A stretch of DNA of 64,000 bases, taken from the NCBI GenBank assembly GCA_038245905.1, contig JBBRRY010000016.1, forward strand, positions 4,955 to 68,954. The letters are read 5' to 3'. Source of the DNA: Thermoanaerobaculia bacterium. GTDB taxonomy: Bacteria > Acidobacteriota > Thermoanaerobaculia > UBA5066. Below, piece by piece: positions 61,248 through 64,000 of the stretch. Every line of letters begins with the position of its first letter. The stretch's first letter is position 1. Position numbers and translations under genes: made by a program. The notes beneath the pieces are model-generated. The model worked only from the letters and a program-made list of their open reading frames with translations. It was not told where the DNA came from and did no database searches.

Positions 61248-63857
61248 TCAGCGCGTGATCCTGCGACGCACCGACGAGAGTCCGGATCGAACGGCGGATC
61301 CCGCCTCCCCGTCGGGCGACGCCAGAATTGCGACGGCGTGGTCCTCGTCCGCGTTCAGGAGGAGCCTCAGGATCGACCCGCCCGTGACCCCCGGAACGTC
61401 GATCACGCGGACGACCGCCTCGAGGTCGCGGAACTCCGGCGCGAGATCGGCGAGCACGCTCGGCGATTCGCGGAGAAACGACTCGCGGAAGCGGATCTCC
61501 GGGTCGTCCGGGAAGAGAGGAAGGTAGCGAATCGACGCCTCCACGAGGTCCTGGAAGAAATGCGTCCCGAAGGAGAGGTCGGGGACGTACCCCCCCTGCC
61601 GGCGCGCGACCTCGATGAGAGCCGCGGCGTTGTTGATGTCGGAATACGTGACGGGGACTCCGAGCTTCAGGTCGCCGCGGCTTCCCCACCGGCCCGGACC
61701 CATGAGGACGAACCGGCGCTTCGGGAGCACCTTGTTCATGCGCCCCACGGCCTGGCCCACGCGCCGGAGCGAGGCTGCATCGGGCAGAGCCGCGTATCCC
61801 TCCGGGTCGACGTAGACAACGTACGTCAGATCGGGCACGCGGCCGTTCGAGACGAACCGCTTCGCCTCGAAAATCACGCGTTCGCCCGAGAGGTCCGACG
61901 GGATCGGGGCGGCCGCCGACTCCTCGGCGAAGCTCTGCGGCCGGCACTGGAGAAGGTAGAGGTCCCTGCCGTCCGAAGCGAACTCGATGTCGACCGGGCC
62001 GTGCGTCTTCTCGCGCAGAACCCGGAGGAGCGCGCGCACCCGAGAGAGGAAGGACGTGGATTCGAAGAGCGGCTCGAACGTCGCGACGAACTTCCCCTTC
62101 TTCGAGGTCCAGTCCAGGAGGTACGGCCGGTGGACGCCGCTCTCGTCGGCGACCGACAAAACCTGCTCGATGCCCGGAATCTCCGCGCCGCACTCCTCGA
62201 GGAGGAGGTCGAGCTCGACCGTTCCGAACGATCCGGACTCCATGTCGATGACGTCGACCTTCCGGGGCGCGTAGCGCACGACGTCTGCGGGCGTCACGTT
62301 CACGCGGAGGCCCGGCTGCCCCGGCGCCACGAGGATCGGATAGTCGTCCGAGAGGCGGTCCACGGCTCGCGTCCCGAGGCCCGGCACGAGGCGCACGAGC
62401 CCGTCCTCCCGTGCGATCCGCGCGGACCAGCGGAACTCGTTGTTCGAGAACGCGACGCCCGCGAACGTGGGGAGGAAGTACTTCCCGACGCGGTTCCCGA
62501 CGACCTCCTGCAGGAGGATGCCCATCTCCTCGTGAACGTCGAGAAGACCGCGCTCGGCGCGGTACTCGAGAGGGTCCGGGCCGAACACGGAGGCGTAGAC
62601 CTCGGCGATCGCGTCCAGGAGGGCCGCGAGGCGGTCGGCCTTCGGACCCTGGTTCGCGAGGAAGAGACTCTTGTACTTGCCCGAGAACGACGCCCCGACG
62701 CGGTCCTCGAGGAGGCTCGAGCTACGCACGATGAGCGGCCGGTCGCCGAAGTCGTCGAGCGCGAGCGAGAGGCCCTTGACGATCTCGGGCGAGAAGTGGG
62801 AGTTCTTGAAGACCTGGATCACGTGCGGGTACTCGCGCCGCACCTGGTCGATCTCGAGGTACTTGCGGTCGTAGAGGTCCTCGAGCTGGTTGAACTCGAT
62901 GAAGTCGAGGATCCCGTCCGATGTGAGGTGCCACGTCTTCGGGATCTTCACGTCGCCGAGCGCGTCCGCGAATTCCGCCGACTTCTTCACGATCTGGGAC
63001 GCGAGGAGGAGGCCGGAGGCCTTTCCACCGAGTCGGCCGTAGCTCTTCGGGGGCGAGATCACGCGGCGCACGAGGTCGAAGAAATCGGCCGTGTCGATGA
63101 AGTCCTTCGCGACGTCCACGAACCCGAGGTCGTCCGTCAGGAAGCGGCGCGCGAGCGAGACGCGCAGCTCGACCTGGACCGTGCGCGAGAGCTTTCGGTC
63201 GTCGAGGTGCGAGTCGTGAAACCGGGCGAGCGCCTGGGCGAGCTCGGCGGTGGACGTGCCCGGATTCTCGGCGGCGCGCAGGAGGAAGTCGGCCTTGTCG
63301 TCGCGGATCCATTTCTGAATGCACGAGCGGATCTCGGCCGACGTGAGATGACACGAGGCGAGGCGGAACGCCTCGTCCGCGACGCCGAGCAGCGACTCGG
63401 CGATGCGGCGCGGCGCGGGCCGGTTCTCGTCCGACTCGAGCGGCTCGCGCCCGCCCGCGAAGTGCGGGAGGAGGTTCTGCGCGGCCGCGACGCCGTTCCA
63501 GCAGAGGTAGTTGATCATCCGCCGCGAGATCCTCACGAGGGAGCGGGGGTCCGTCTGGCGGAGGAAGTCGACGATGATCCGCCACTCGCCGGCCGGCTCG
63601 TTCGCCCGCGCGGCTTCCGGGCGGCCTTGGAGGGCGTCGAGGAGCCGGCGCTCGAGGAGGAGCTGCCCCAGCCGCTCTGCGACGGTGTCGAGGAGTTTGC
63701 GCTCCTCCTTGAGGAACGGACCTTCGTCGGCCTCCGGGCGCTCGTCGCGGTAGAAGACCTCGAGCCAGCCTGAGGACTCTCCCTGCACGCGAATCTCCGC
63801 GCTCTGGCGCCACGGCGTCACGTCGGCGCCGGCCGGCCCGTACGCCGTGCCGTCCAC
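61248..63857 (-). CDS. PPDK_N (PEP synthase / pyruvate phosphate dikinase N-terminal ATP-grasp) domain protein with an N-terminal extension of about 280 aa
   Basis: GGKASGLLLASQIV...LIVRSSSLLEDRVGASFSGKYKSLF...ILLQEVVGNRVGKYFLPTFAGVAFSNN...LVPGLGTRAVD are the hallmark blocks of the PPDK_N nucleotide-binding domain. No swivel phospho-His (PEP-utilisers) domain was seen. The (+) ORF 61137..63773 is its antisense shadow. Confidence 0.7.
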   Translation of the reverse strand: MDGTAYGPAGADVTPWRQSAEIRVQGESSGWLEVFYRDERPEADEGPFLKEERKLLDTVAERLGQLLLERRLLDALQGRPEAARANEPAGEWRIIVDFLRQTDPRSLVRISRRMINYLCWNGVAAAQNLLPHFAGGREPLESDENRPAPRRIAESLLGVADEAFRLASCHLTSAEIRSCIQKWIRDDKADFLLRAAENPGTSTAELAQALARFHDSHLDDRKLSRTVQVELRVSLARRFLTDDLGFVDVAKDFIDTADFFDLVRRVISPPKSYGRLGGKASGLLLASQIVKKSAEFADALGDVKIPKTWHLTSDGILDFIEFNQLEDLYDRKYLEIDQVRREYPHVIQVFKNSHFSPEIVKGLSLALDDFGDRPLIVRSSSLLEDRVGASFSGKYKSLFLANQGPKADRLAALLDAIAEVYASVFGPDPLEYRAERGLLDVHEEMGILLQEVVGNRVGKYFLPTFAGVAFSNNEFRWSARIAREDGLVRLVPGLGTRAVDRLSDDYPILVAPGQPGLRVNVTPADVVRYAPRKVDVIDMESGSFGTVELDLLLEECGAEIPGIEQVLSVADESGVHRPYLLDWTSKKGKFVATFEPLFESTSFLSRVRALLRVLREKTHGPVDIEFASDGRDLYLLQCRPQSFAEESAAAPIPSDLSGERVIFEAKRFVSNGRVPDLTYVVYVDPEGYAALPDAASLRRVGQAVGRMNKVLPKRRFVLMGPGRWGSRGDLKLGVPVTYSDINNAAALIEVARRQGGYVPDLSFGTHFFQDLVEASIRYLPLFPDDPEIRFRESFLRESPSVLADLAPEFRDLEAVVRVIDVPGVTGGSILRLLLNADEDHAVAILASPDGEAGSAVRSGLSSVRRRITR

Positions 63858-64000
63858 GAGGACGCGCGCGAAGCACGTCTCGGGAAACTGCCACCCGGCG
63901 GGGAGGATCTGGACGACGCGCCGGAAGATCTCGTCCAGCGAGGACTGCAGCGACTTGCAGGCCTCGTTGACACGGTAGATCGTGCTGAGCTCCTTGGCCC

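Noticed and set aside
61137-63773. 878-aa plus-strand ORF mirroring the PPDK_N gene
   Set aside because: The minus-strand frame carries clear PPDK_N ATP-grasp motifs. The plus-strand product is Arg/Glu-rich nonsense.
1-64000. Scan for CRISPR arrays, IS elements or integrases, prophage genes and rRNA or tRNA genes
   Set aside because: No regularly spaced repeats, transposase, recombinase or phage structural motifs, or structural RNA signatures were seen. The only intergenic regions longer than 100 nt are 25525-25944, 26068-26191, 27044-27161, 33174-33294 and 56204-56337, and none folds into a tRNA-like cloverleaf by inspection.

Overview
This 64 kb window is a high-GC (about 70%) bacterial chromosomal region with no rRNA, tRNA, CRISPR array, transposase or integrase that I can recognise. 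It is densely packed with about 58 protein-coding genes, and many adjacent genes overlap by 4 nt (ATGA or GTGA) or share a TGATG junction, which indicates operons. The large Arg-rich ORFs in the six-frame track are mostly antisense shadows of the real genes, as expected for a GC-rich genome. The main blocks from left to right are: (1) a FadL-family outer-membrane transporter truncated by the window edge, then a large secreted protein followed by a Hanks-type Ser/Thr kinase with an extracellular domain, a secreted TPR protein and an FHA-RDD membrane protein; (2) uvrA translationally coupled to a SAM-dependent methyltransferase, and a GNAT acetyltransferase; (3) a tight six-gene operon of a GGDEF-EAL protein, a duplicated-permease ABC transporter with no binding protein, its ATPase carrying a C-terminal accessory domain, a CHAD protein, a type-I phosphodiesterase/nucleotide pyrophosphatase-like protein and a CBM9-like protein; (4) mutY, a UPF0158 protein, a methyltransferase and an O-antigen-ligase-like protein fused to TPR repeats; (5) a stress-type island with two ElaB/YqjD-family paralogs, a glycine-zipper protein, a low-affinity iron permease-family protein, a DUF748/AsmA-like protein, a truncated AI-2E transporter remnant, a bacterioferritin-like protein, a divergent Fe/Mn-SOD-family protein, an lmo0937-family small membrane protein and two unannotated micro-ORFs in an unusually AT-rich stretch carrying a 13-nt direct repeat; (6) an exopolysaccharide-type cluster (polyprenyl-phosphate sugar transferase, GT1, membrane GT2) that begins with a eukaryote-type sphingolipid delta4-desaturase (DES1)-like gene; (7) maeB, an MBL-fold hydrolase, a secreted protein with an IPTL-CTERM-like sorting tail, proS, a frameshifted TPR gene, an aminotransferase and a TetR regulator; (8) a seven-gene operon on the minus strand made of a TonB-dependent receptor, an SDR, a KAS-III-like enzyme, an alpha/beta-hydrolase, an acyl-CoA synthetase and two further alpha/beta-hydrolases, whose enzyme set resembles the OleABCD beta-lactone/olefin pathway; (9) a zinc-ribbon-TPR protein, a 3-hydroxyacyl-CoA dehydrogenase, an ECF sigma factor with an anti-sigma protein and a bactofilin-like membrane protein, and a PPDK_N (PEP-utilising ATP-grasp) domain protein. 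The Ole-like lipid operon, the GGDEF-EAL/ABC/CHAD/phosphodiesterase operon, the DES1-like desaturase and the micro-ORF/direct-repeat region are the leads I would follow first. All homology statements come from motif recognition by eye in the translations; no database search was run.
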